Shown: in pieces, positions 50,001 to 60,430 of the stretch
Layout: each line of letters starts with the position of its first letter
Position numbering within the stretch: the first letter of the stretch is position 1
Assembly: GCA_030141605.1 (NCBI GenBank)
Contig: JAQGDQ010002370.1
Span: 782,327-846,326 of the forward strand
Direction of reading: 5' to 3'
From: Tubiluchus corallicola
Taxonomy: Eukaryota > Animalia > Priapulida
DNA: 64,000 nucleotides
The notes under the pieces: generated by a model
Seen by the model: the letters and a program-made list of their open reading frames with translations, nothing else
What the model was told of the DNA's origin: nothing
Databases searched by the model: none
Program-made: the position numbers and the translations under genes

Positions 50001-53000
50001 CAAACGCAGCATTGAATCGAAAGATAAACAAGCTAAGGAAAATTGTATGAGAACATCAGTGGTCCAAAATGTAATAATAAAAATTAATATAAAAAGTGCC
50101 ACCTATTAATAGAAGTAACTTACATCACTATAGCACGTTTGGGCGCATTTATCAGCCGTGTCTACGTCTTCAACCTTATCAGGTTCGACAGGAAGAACTT
50201 TTCCGGGATGGTGAATAAAAGCAGTTAAATAACTTCCTAAAAATTAGTGACAGAAACATAATTATGACTCTAAAGGTTTTCAAATGCAAACAAATTAGAT
50301 TTAAAAATACTGGAGTTTATTGCATGTCGCACAGCAAAATTCAAATCCCGCCACGAATAGCATGGGTTGGTTCGCTCCTTTTTGTAAAACCACCAAAGCC
50401 TTTTTCTATCAACAAAGCGAAACTTTTTTCTTTATTTGTAGTTCTTTACTAGCACTTTCTCATTTTTTGCCTACTGTCTCGATATTCAGCTAAATTGAAC
50501 AGGTTTGCAGCTCAGACTCGCTTATGAACTTCTCAAAAGTTATGAGTTCTAGGTGTCCATTGCAAGAACTATGCATTTTTTGCATTAGCACCTGATTATG
50601 AACCATTTGGAAGGCCGAAGCTCTAATTCTCAACATACACCTGAGAAATTAAGCACCCGATCATTCATTCACTCATTCTTTGTCCATCCATTAGAGACCA
50701 GAAATCATACCTGCCTTTTGCAACGCTCAAAAATAAGAAAATCGATAGTACAGATAGCAAGTGGAATCAGAGAAATCCAGATAAGGAGCTCTGTTGAAAG
50801 GACAAAGAAAGCAAACTGTTACAAACTGAATAAGCAGTAAAGTTTAACATCAAAATTTTTATTCAGCAAAGTTCAGCAAACTGCATGCTAAAAAACTAGA
50901 ATTCAACAGTAAAGTACTTTAATTTTGAACAGGTGTGGCAAAAAATTGAACTGAACCGTCAATGGTGCCATAGCCACAGGTTCTGGTGAGTGTAGGTGTC
51001 TCAATGAAATAAACAGCATAGGAAGTAAGTAGATCAAACTCTCACATACAGTTCTTTCAGCAGCCACCCATCCATTTCGGTCTTGGTTCAATCCTACTTA
51101 ACCAAGCAAAAGTATAGTTCGCTACGATAGCTCATCAATCCACTCAAAAGGAGGATAAAACAGCAAGTTTCGGTTAAAGCTTTATTAGAAAATGTCACAT
51201 ACGAAAGTTAATTATTAATTTATTAACCATTTCCTCGCTATTGAGATAAAAATTTAATCACTCACGTCCGAAGATGGTACAAGAATCCATGGGACCCATA
51301 CCACTTGAAGGTATTTCATCTATGAAGTCACTCGTTAATCGACACTCTAGCAGTGACGGGCAGTAGCTAAATGACTCGCACTGTAATCAAAATAAAAGGC
51401 ATGTATTTTGTCTTTGTCTAATAAGAAAAAATTAGTTCTGATGCCTTAGAGCAACGAAATGTTAAGTCGACAATATTTTTAACGAGCTAAAAAAGAAATA
51501 ATTCTAAAATAGGCAAACACTCATATCTTATCTAGTTTTTAAATAATATCATTTAAGTCAAAAAATATTGTCTATCCTTTTTACATTTATACTAAAAAAG
51601 GCATTGATCACGCAATAATATTGATTTTAGAAAGTTCAAAAATCGTATGATACATGCTATGAAAAATACGAATACGTATTTTCATCACTTGACACTGTTT
51701 TAACAATTCATCAGGAAAGCAGAAAATACTAACGTTTGCAAAAACAGTCAATATTCAACAAACGTGAATTTATAACGAATTCCTACGAGCCATCCGGCAT
51801 TTCATTAGGAGAAATGGTGGAATAGAACAGATTACAAGCTTCACTGCAAGTAAACTGCTACATTGTTTAATGTAGTTAGTATGTGTGAAAATTAGTCTGT
51901 GCGAAAACATAGTCTCACACAGAGTAATTTTAAAGTGTACTTTTTGCGTCTTTTTTCCTGGATTAAATTAGTCTGTTTTCGAAAATATTCTGTGTGGGGC
52001 TACAGAATAAGGCAAAAGGTTGATAAAGAAACTTCACGCTCCGAGTTTGAGTCCGCTGAAGAAGATTCTGATTGAAAAGTCCGCTCTAAGGTTCAGTCGT
52101 TTAAATTTAATTGAAAATAAGCATCGCATTGGAATAAAAAAAATGTAATTGGTCTGTGTCGAAAATTAGTCTAACGCAGACTAAATTTGATAGTGCACGT
52201 TGAAAAGTGAGTTTAAAAATTACTCACACAGACGAATTACGCTAAACAGTGTAGCAAATAGAGGAATTTGACAAAATAACATTTACGTGGATAATTTGTT
52301 CCCGCTTTTGTGTATGAATCTACATAACCGAACATGACCCTTGTTCAGATGCTCATCCATGCAATTACAAACAGACCATGCTCAACTATTGGAGACTATA
52401 GTCATGTAAACAAAGACAATTTTAAAAGCGCTGTATCATATATACAAGTTTGTGGAAAAGCTTAAATGAATACCTTTTCATCCAGAGCATTCACGCACTC
52501 GCTTTCACAACCTTCCAGTGTCACGCCCACTATTACCCTGGAACTGGTTAGCGTCATTTCCTCGTAACCCACCACGAACTGCTCTGAAAACCAACGTTTG
52601 TTTATTAGAAGTATTTACGAAATTGTCCTGCACAATGTACTACAACCTACAAAATTTATAAAGAATGAACCAGTCAGTTCAGAGTTAAAGTTTTATAGTT
52701 CAGGTACAGCTGTAGAGTTTAAATTTATAAAATACTGCTCATTTTCCGTGAAGGTTGTATGTTCGATACCACCTGATCTTCAAAACGTTCGGACCTGGTA
52801 AAGCAGGAGCTGACAGAGATGGTCTTACTTCCTTGCATGTCGAGTACAAAACGTTCGAGAGCTGGAGTGCTTTTATAGTCCAGTGGAAAGCTCTAAATGT
52901 TGATGCGTGTGTTTTTCAGTTGATGCATTAAACAGCAAGTGTTCAGTAAGTTTAAACTACATCTTAAAGTTCATTAACTACTGACACAGAATTGGTGCCA

Positions 53001-56000
53001 AATGTTCCCGATGTAAAAATTACATTCTTAAGTGGTGGAATTGGTTCAAGAAGCTTCCTAAAATTGCCAGTAAATTACATTAAAACCACATTCTGAGTAC
53101 GGTAAAGAATTTTTGTAATGTGTTATTTTATAGATAATTTCGGCACATATAAAGTATATGAAATGCAAACTTGGGGGAAATATGCTGATTAGTAAAAACG
53201 TGCAATTCTTAGGCACCAAATTCATCACTTAAAATCTTTAAATACCTGCTTAGCAAAACTGAAGAAAAATTCTCACTAGTTTCGTAGATATGCGTCAGAT
53301 GAGGTTTAAATGCCTCCCTCTTTTAGGTCATTCCTAGATTTTTTTGCACCAAGTTTGTCACCCTTTGAATTGCAGGTTCTTTGTCAGTAAGACTCAAAAC
53401 AAAGATTGCAAAAAGCTTTATGGATTTACGATAGATCTGCTAAACCATTCTATAAATGACGCAGTGCCTAATCAGGTGATCCTTAAGGACTTGACTTAGA
53501 TTACCTAAATGACACTTTTAACCAGAAAATGGAAACTAAGGTATCAAAATATAATTCTATAACAATAAATATAGGCCTAAATGCCTAAATAATTATTAGT
53601 TTGAAATACCTCCTCCAGTATCGACGCCAATTTCTCGTATATTCATTGCTCTATACATTGCCGTCTGTAAAATAAAGCAAGTATTGTTAAGTAATAACTC
53701 ATTTTAACTGCGAGAAATTTTTTAACAAAGTGTGGGTAAGTTGAAAGTTTGTTTAAGTACATAGAATCCACAAATTGACTAACTTTGGAAGTGGATTTGA
53801 CTAATTATATGAAAGTGCAACAACCAACCTTAAAGTCAGCTATGTAACCTATTTTGAACGTCTTTCATTGGCCTGCATTGACATGGTTATCATCAAGTGC
53901 CACAGTAATAATATTGTCAACAACAGTACTATGAAACAAATTTAAAACACTATACCGTTACAAACAACTATAGTATCGTTGCCATCACTGACTTTGCAAT
54001 TATAATCCGAATTATTTTCTATGGCTGACATTAAAGTATGTGCAACGTAAAATTTCGAACACATCTTGCGATATATAAATAAAGACAATTATATCTCGTA
54101 ATTCGAAAAACTTGTGCGAATTTTCTTACCGTGCCATTTGCCAGGGTATGAATAACAAAGAAGCGATTATAAAATACTGCACTTTCCAAGGCAGTTATTG
54201 CGTACAGATTTGTCTTATGCACCCCACTTTCTATTACAGTTCCTAGAAAAAAATAAAAGACTAATTGATAGACGCCATTATGTTTGTTTTTGTTTTCCCT
54301 GTGTGTATAGTCTATATTTATTTGTCGCAGTACGCATTAAGTGAGTTGCAATTCAAAAGCAAGTGAATAACTCCAAAGCCCTGCGTCTATATAACAGCTC
54401 TCCAGCAAAACTTAGTTTACTCATTTTCCTAAAAAAAAATAAATTTAATATCTAGTGGTTAAAATGTTAGGCTTGTAATACAAAGGTCACAGGTTCAGAC
54501 CCCAGCCCAATAGCTAATCGTTAACTCGTCTTTTCACATATTTTTGTTGCTTTTTTGCTAACTTTGTTGTTTAAATTTTAATACCTAAAGATTTATTTTA
54601 TTAAAAAACTTACTGACTTACTGTAGTAATAATCACAAAAGACCATGGGTAAAAATGCACCGGGTGTCATATCATTAGGATGGTACTTGTACAAATAGCA
54701 TGGTTTTACGGCAATATCTGATTTGCACGATCCGAAGCTCCGACACTCAAACTCTATCTCAGCATCGCATCTCGCAGCACATTCTTCTGGTGTCATCTCT
54801 TCATCGAACTCCTTGTCACCTGGCCCAGCTTTCTGTAGTTCCGTCAACACGTCATAATCCAGCAAATGGTCACCTGAAAACCCATTGTTCACAGATTAAG
54901 CTTTTGCAAACTAAAACCTACCATTTCCTTTAACAAAGCCAGACATGCATTTTGCTCATATCACATCCTACAAGCTTACTAATACATGCAGTACCACGAC
55001 AAAATGAAAAATTACAAGATCAAAAAATAATTCATATTTGCTAACATGTAATTATGCTGCATTTAAATCAAAGTATTTTTGAAATTTGTATTTTTAGGAA
55101 AAAACGAAGCATTTCGTTTGAGCATTATACGAGATGTGACAAAAGCTCATGTAAGCATTGCAGAAAACTCCTACAGAAGTAAAACAAAATAGTATGGCTG
55201 TTAACAAAACACACTGTAACAAAAACCGACAAACAGCGAGTCTTCGTCTAGTCGAAATTATCTCTATGAAGTGTACTAGATAAACGTCACGTAAAATCTT
55301 TGGTTGCCTCACATTAAGACTGGTTATCCTGCATCGATGTAAGTAGTTCTTCTTTATCATATATCACTAAAAATATTCTGTACTCGACAAATCTTTATAG
55401 CTTTACTAGTGTTTTAAACAATTTCGGCCAGTATTTTTTTAACATTTTTGTAATCAGTTAATCATAAAACTTAAGTATGGTGAAATATGTTAGCATAATA
55501 ATTAAAATAATGAACGTCAATAAAATTTATGTTAACCATCGGGAACATTCTCCAACAGAGTAAAAGTAACGTAGGTATTCTGTTCATCAGTAGCCAGATC
55601 CATATTAACAATTCTTCTAATCGAAACTTTTGCTGTTTTTGAAATTTCGGCTTTCAGTTCATGTCTAAAAACGCTCAGTTCTCCTGCCGGATAAACGCCT
55701 GAAATATACAGAAGATTGTGAGTAACTGCTTAGTCTTTTCCTTTACTTACTATTCAACAAAAATTCTTTTTAGACAGTAAAAATTGAATAATTTTAAATA
55801 AAAAACGAGCTACAAGAAAGTGTTTGAAAATTCTCCATCTCTGATTTCCCTTACTGACGGAAAGTACTCAACGTAAAAAAATTCTCCATATTTGAACCAC
55901 CTTACTGATAGAAAGTACACAATGTTAAATGAACAAAACCATTTTCACCATTCCGCTATTCCAAAATTTCAGCTGGATTTTCAGGTTGAATATAAAAATG

Positions 56001-58700
56001 TATTTGTAGCTGCATTTACTTATATTAATTAACTACCACAAGTCTTCATCTATGGCTTTTCATATCTACATATTGATGGTGACTGTGGCATTAGATCTTA
56101 ATATGATATCAAGCAGAGACTACAGTACAGAGGGCCTAGCGTCAACTGCCTGGCCGTAATAAGTTTGGTAACAATAGCACCTGGAGCGATAAAAGAACTA
56201 TACTCGCGCATGTCAGTGTAGTCAATAGTTAGAATTTCTCAACAGAAACTATAATTACCAAAACTTATCAAATTATCTACAAACCGTAAAAAGTTAACTC
56301 AAGACGTCTTTTGTCCTTCTCTTCATAACATATCTTTGAGTCTTCAAACTCTTTGTCATCCCAGTATTCAGAAAAACCGACGATGGTAACATAGGATGGC
56401 ACGCGGAAACCAACTTCCTGTTTGATAAAAACAAACCATTACAATAATTCTCACTGCCCTTGGACAATATATATATAGTAAAAATGTAAATAAAGTAAAT
56501 AAAGTAAAAAATGATATAAGCTATAGCAAAATACTCCTATCCAAAAAAAACTAAAGCATTCGAAGGATATAAACCTCGCAATCATGCTTCATGTTTGATT
56601 CAACACCATAAAATCTAGTAGTAGTTGCATCTTTTATATGACAAATACGATGATTTCAAAATAAACTTATTAAAAGCATAAAATGTGTTTACCCTGTTTT
56701 CTATCCATAACTCCAGATAAACAAACACACTCTTTCCTTTAGTATTCTGTAAAAACATACAATTCTCAAAAGCTGGCAAACGTAATACGTCACACAGTTT
56801 ACTTAATCTGAATTAATTTATTTAGATAGAAGCAAAATGTACGCATTACTATGGAGTCAGTTTTCGCTGTTTGCAAAAAGCGCAATAATAATAATAATAA
56901 TAATAATAAGTCGGCTTTAAATTCAACAGACAACACAAGCCAGTCATTATTATTACCCCAATTTTGCCCCAAACACCATGCGCCAAGCACGGCATGCAAC
57001 AGCATTTACCATTTTTAAAGTCTGGTATTACCAGACCGCGGTTTCAAACTTTCGACCTCCCAGACGGAAAGCAGACGCGTTATCGATTACATTACACGAC
57101 CGGTAAAACCAGTATTGTGTAATCTATGGATTGAGTGGAACTCTGTGATAGCACCAGAAAAAATAGCCCTTTTTTCAGTTGGACTAAAGTGCGTATCTAC
57201 CAAGTAAATTGGCGCTTATTCCAGCCTAATGTAGTAGTAATTTTTACAAAGTAGAAATAGCTAATTACGTTAAAGAAATAGTATTCCCACGTTTGATTAG
57301 TAAGTACAGGTGCCCCAGTTACATTTGCGGTGTCCAAGAAGCGCAATGACCAAACATCACACAATAATCCTCTATGCATTCTCTGTAATAACACAAAAAA
57401 TACGCTTTAATGAACAAATGAAAAAGATCCTGTTAACGAGCGTCGAGATGGCATTCTACAGTATATCATCACAATTAAACCCTTGATACTAACAGTGGCG
57501 CAAAAAATGTGCCGCTATTTTAATCACTATAATATAAGAGGAAAATAACGGAATCTCTTCGAAATTACTAGATTGGCGTTACAGCCGTTTGTGTGCATAC
57601 GTCAAATACTTTAGGTCACTCCCGCAGATTTGTCCATAGTTGTCGAAGTTTTAAATCGACAAGTCAAAAAACTAAATGCCGAAAAGAATTTTTGTCACTA
57701 TTGCGAAAAATTTACAGCAACAGCTCTATGCGTTCACTATTTTCACTGCAAATTAGACGAAGGCATTTCTTCCAAGAACTGACACTTTTTCTCACTTGTT
57801 TAACGGGTATTTGGTGCCAACCCTCAACAATTTTTGCCTTTAGTTCCTTTGACTCAAACGGTTCTGTGCATTCCCGGCTATTGTACACTTTCTCTTTAAA
57901 GGGATTCCAGATACCGTAATAGAAAACCGCATGCCTTGTGTTGAAGACCATGATATAAACTGTTTCATTTTTTTATTGTTGTTTTGCCTATTGTATTATT
58001 GAGTGTTTTGTACGTGAACCTGGCTGTTTTTCAGTTGATGAATATAACTGACATTGTCCCGGAATTTAAGTTATTAACATCCAAAAAAAATTTCGGTCAT
58101 AGCTAAAAAAACGGCTAAAGCTATAAACTTGTAATTTTCGCAGCTAAAAGCTAATGTACTGTAGTATCATCTTTGAACTTTCAACTTTGCAGGTCACTCA
58201 TTTTCTAGTCTAAACTTCAGCATATTTTTCTGCGCCGCCAGTTGTTATATCAGAAACACGTTCTTTTCACAAAAAGTAATGCTATTTTAACTTATTAAAA
58301 ATAGAAACTTTTCAGCATGTTTAGTACTCTATTTTCTCTCTTATAGTTTGTTTGAGAAAGTATTCATAGTGTTGTATACAGCAGTTAACTAGCTACAAAG
58401 ATACACAACTACCTACTTTTACAGCCAATGGCTTTATCATACAACCGTACTTTGATTAAACCGATATGATGTTACTTTTTAATCAAATGATTCATTGATA
58501 GCTGCAGCTTGCCTGTCCAACGTAATAGTGTTCGCCTCTGTCAAAGCCAAATAATTCCATTGGATCTTTCATCCATGTGACAGTTGTGGTTTTATTCCCA
58601 GCTACGGAAGTGTTAGTATTTGCTTCCCACCATGAAGCCGCTTCTGATAATGGTAAGACATTGCAGATCTCCTTTATGTAATCAAATTCAAAAGCGATGC
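42688..58700 (-). CDS. Single-pass membrane protein with LolA/ependymin-like region, SEA-like region and four PAN/Apple domains (16 exons, 5' end outside window)
   Basis: Exons 58513-58700, 57269-57382, 56693-56746, 56285-56417, 55537-55698, 54622-54873, 54130-54242, 53610-53664, 52474-52583, 51266-51380, 50124-50236, 49102-49258, 48219-48340, 47259-47400, 45745-45858, 42688-42812 total 2069 nt and every junction phase matches. Four C-x3-C..C-x-SF-x-x-C..C..C PAN signatures, a T/P-rich stalk, a TM helix and a short basic tail. Confidence 0.88.
42871..42943. repeat. (TATG)n microsatellite
   Basis: About 18 units. Confidence 0.95.
45745..45858 (-). CDS. PAN gene exon: juxtamembrane stalk
   Basis: [39 protein letters not shown]; ttttag acceptor, G|GTATTT donor; phase 1-1. 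Confidence 0.8.
47259..47400 (-). CDS. PAN gene exon: PAN4 second half
   Basis: [47 protein letters not shown]; phase 0-1. Confidence 0.88.
48219..48340 (-). CDS. PAN gene exon: PAN4 first half
   Basis: [41 protein letters not shown]; phase 1-0. Confidence 0.88.
49102..49258 (-). CDS. PAN gene exon: PAN3 second half
   Basis: [52 protein letters not shown]; phase 0-1. Confidence 0.88.
50124..50236 (-). CDS. PAN gene exon: PAN3 first half
   Basis: [38 protein letters not shown]; GTAAGT donor; phase 1-0. Confidence 0.88.
51266..51380 (-). CDS. PAN gene exon: PAN2 second half
   Basis: [38 protein letters not shown]; GTGAGT donor; phase 0-1. Confidence 0.88.
51857..52255. mobile_element. MITE with ~30-bp TIRs (TA-flanked, Tc1/mariner-like)
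   Basis: gctacattgtttaatgtagttagtatgtgtga vs tcacacagacgaattacgctaaacagtgtagc; internal aattagtct subrepeats. Confidence 0.7.
52474..52583 (-). CDS. PAN gene exon: PAN2 first half
   Basis: [37 protein letters not shown]; phase 1-0. Confidence 0.85.
53610..53664 (-). CDS. PAN gene small exon
   Basis: [18 protein letters not shown]; ttattttacag acceptor, G|GTATTT donor; phase 0-1 bridges both neighbours. Confidence 0.75.
54130..54242 (-). CDS. PAN gene exon: SEA-like region, second part
   Basis: [38 protein letters not shown]; tttttttctag acceptor, GTAAGA donor; phase 1-0. Confidence 0.8.
54451..54510 (+). mobile_element. tRNA-derived SINE head (degenerate)
   Basis: A-box-like tagtggttaa and B-box-like ggttcagacc at tRNA spacing; no full cloverleaf. 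Confidence 0.4.
54622..54873 (-). CDS. PAN gene exon: complete PAN1 domain
   Basis: [44 protein letters not shown]; phase 1-1; GTAAGT donor. Confidence 0.92.
55537..55698 (-). CDS. PAN gene exon: SEA-like region, first part
   Basis: [54 protein letters not shown]; phase 1-1. Confidence 0.82.
56285..56417 (-). CDS. PAN gene exon
   Basis: [44 protein letters not shown]; phase 0-1. Confidence 0.8.
56693..56746 (-). CDS. PAN gene small exon
   Basis: [18 protein letters not shown]; gtttttacag acceptor, AGG|GTAAAC donor; phase 0-0. Confidence 0.72.
57031..57103 (-). mobile_element. tRNA-derived SINE head (degenerate)
   Basis: Minus strand ccggtcgtgtaatgtaatcgataacgcgtctgctttccgtctgggaggtcgaaagtttgaaaccgcgg has a tRNA-like layout with degenerate A/B boxes. 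Confidence 0.35.
57269..57382 (-). CDS. PAN gene exon: LolA/ependymin-like region
   Basis: [38 protein letters not shown]; RGxxCDVW motif; phase 0-0. Confidence 0.85.
57493..58240 (-). mobile_element. Internally deleted Tc1/mariner element retaining the transposase C-terminus
   Basis: ORF 57712..57951: [50 protein letters not shown] resembles the Tc1-type post-catalytic region; imperfect TIRs cagtggcgcaaaaaatgtgccg / cagcatatttttctgcgccgcca. Confidence 0.75.
58513..58700 (-). CDS. PAN gene exon, most 5' in window (LolA/ependymin-like region; GC donor)
   Basis: [62 protein letters not shown]; acceptor tatttctcacatgtag; donor CAG|GCAAGC. Confidence 0.8.
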
Positions 58701-59071
58701 CTACATGTGAGAAATAACCAATGTTATCAATTTCAAAAGCGTCGCCTATATGTGAGGAATAACCAGTATACTGTACACTTGATGTCATGTAGCTTCTCTC
58801 CCCCCCACCCCCTCTCTTTCTCTCTCTGTCTCTCTTTGTCTCTCACTGTCACTTCTGACTGTGACCGTGACGAAGTAAAGTTGCTATCAAAGCTGTTCAT
58901 ATTTTGAAGTCAATTTTAACAACTTTATACCGTGTTATGTTCTATAAATTTTATACCTACGTGTGTATGAATAGTACGCGGTTTCAGTGATGTAATTTAA
59001 ATTCTGTGATAATTGATCTTATTAAAGTTATCAACGAAATAAACATTGTTATAAGAACTATATTGTGTGGA

Positions 59072-59083
59072 TTTGGCGCGAAA
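59072..59083. promoter_or_regulatory. Overlapping double E2F-type site TTTGGCGCGAAA in LINE 5' UTR
   Basis: Exact reverse complement of the DHFR-promoter E2F element TTTCGCGCCAAA; function untested. Confidence 0.4.
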
Positions 59084-59254
59084 ACCAAACGCCGAGAATT
59101 AGTGGAGGACCTACACAAAAGGCCCTAATCGGGTCGTTAACAATCAATGGTAATTTAAGGAAAATCAGTTCCTTGTGACAAAGACGTTCCCCTTGACATC
59201 CTCGGGCATTATAAGGCATCTATTATATCCTGATTACGCTATACCTTCTTCAAA

Positions 59255-60430
59255 ATGAGTACCTCTAGCGTACTAGCCAGGAAAAGCTGTACTATTTGTA
59301 GACGCAGTAAGGAAATAACAAAAAGAGAAATATACTGCGAGGTGTGCGTTGGCTGTTTTCACAAGTTCTCAAATGATAACGAATCAGACTCTGAGACTGA
59401 AACTATTGGGACGCAGTCGGAGCCAAAACCCCAAGCGCCGAATGATGCTAGCAAAGCAGTCTTCCTTGATCTACTAAAAACTGAAATAATTCATTTCATT
59501 CAGGAAGAGAACGATATCAACAAGCTGACCGAAATATTAAACCGGCTGAAAAAAATATCAGGTGATCCTGTCATGGATAAACTAAATCAGATAGAACAAT
59601 CAATAGAAAAGCTGTCGGGAACAGAACGCAGACCTTCCGGCCTTACTTCCTATAGCAATGCTGTGAAAAAAGACATGCAAACGTCTGTTACTTCTCGAAA
59701 TCGTCAGTTACCAAATACACAAAATCCCATTGTTCAATATGATCCAGCTAGAACAGTTATAATAGAAAATGTTAAAGACAAAAAACTTGTAGAGACCAGC
59801 GCATCAATTAAAACAAATCTGTGTAAGTATTTTCCACGTGTAAGATTTGAAATAGCCTACAGAACTGCTCGAGGAAACATACAAATTCAGTTAAAAGATT
59901 CTGAAACTGCCGATGAAATAATAAGCTCATGGAACCCAACTTATATGGGTACCGACACGAAAGTCAGAAAACCAAATAAGTACTCTATTGGAGTGATCAA
60001 AGACTGTGACCCGGAATTGACTGAAGACGAAATAAAGGCGGCAATTGAACAGAAGTTCCCAGTAATCGAAGTAGAGCGATTTAAACGGAAGAACGGAGCC
60101 AATATGCCAATAGTTAAGGTGAAATTTAGCTCAGACGTTGAATTACAACGTGCAATACAGGAGGGAATTCCTATAAAACATCTTCTGTGCGAAGTAGAAC
60201 AATATATCCGAAAACAAACACCTTTACGCTGTCACAAGTGTCAGTCTTTTGGACACGTTGCTAAGTGGTGCAGAAATAAAGCCAACTGTGGTAAATGCGG
60301 AAATCTGCATAAAACATCTGAATGCAACAGCAAAGAGATAAAGTGCTACAATTGCAAAAGTGAGCATGAAGCCAATTCCAAGAATTGCTCTACATACTTA
60401 GATCAGTTAAAAAGACTTAACCGTATCTAA
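59255..60430 (+). CDS. LINE ORF1, gag-like nucleic-acid-binding protein
   Basis: 391 aa; three CCHC knuckles (CHKCQSFGHVAKWC, CGKCGNLHKTSEC, CYNCKSEHEANSKNC), coiled-coil-like segment and N-terminal Cys cluster. Confidence 0.93.
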   Translation: MSTSSVLARKSCTICRRSKEITKREIYCEVCVGCFHKFSNDNESDSETETIGTQSEPKPQAPNDASKAVFLDLLKTEIIHFIQEENDINKLTEILNRLKKISGDPVMDKLNQIEQSIEKLSGTERRPSGLTSYSNAVKKDMQTSVTSRNRQLPNTQNPIVQYDPARTVIIENVKDKKLVETSASIKTNLCKYFPRVRFEIAYRTARGNIQIQLKDSETADEIISSWNPTYMGTDTKVRKPNKYSIGVIKDCDPELTEDEIKAAIEQKFPVIEVERFKRKNGANMPIVKVKFSSDVELQRAIQEGIPIKHLLCEVEQYIRKQTPLRCHKCQSFGHVAKWCRNKANCGKCGNLHKTSECNSKEIKCYNCKSEHEANSKNCSTYLDQLKRLNRI

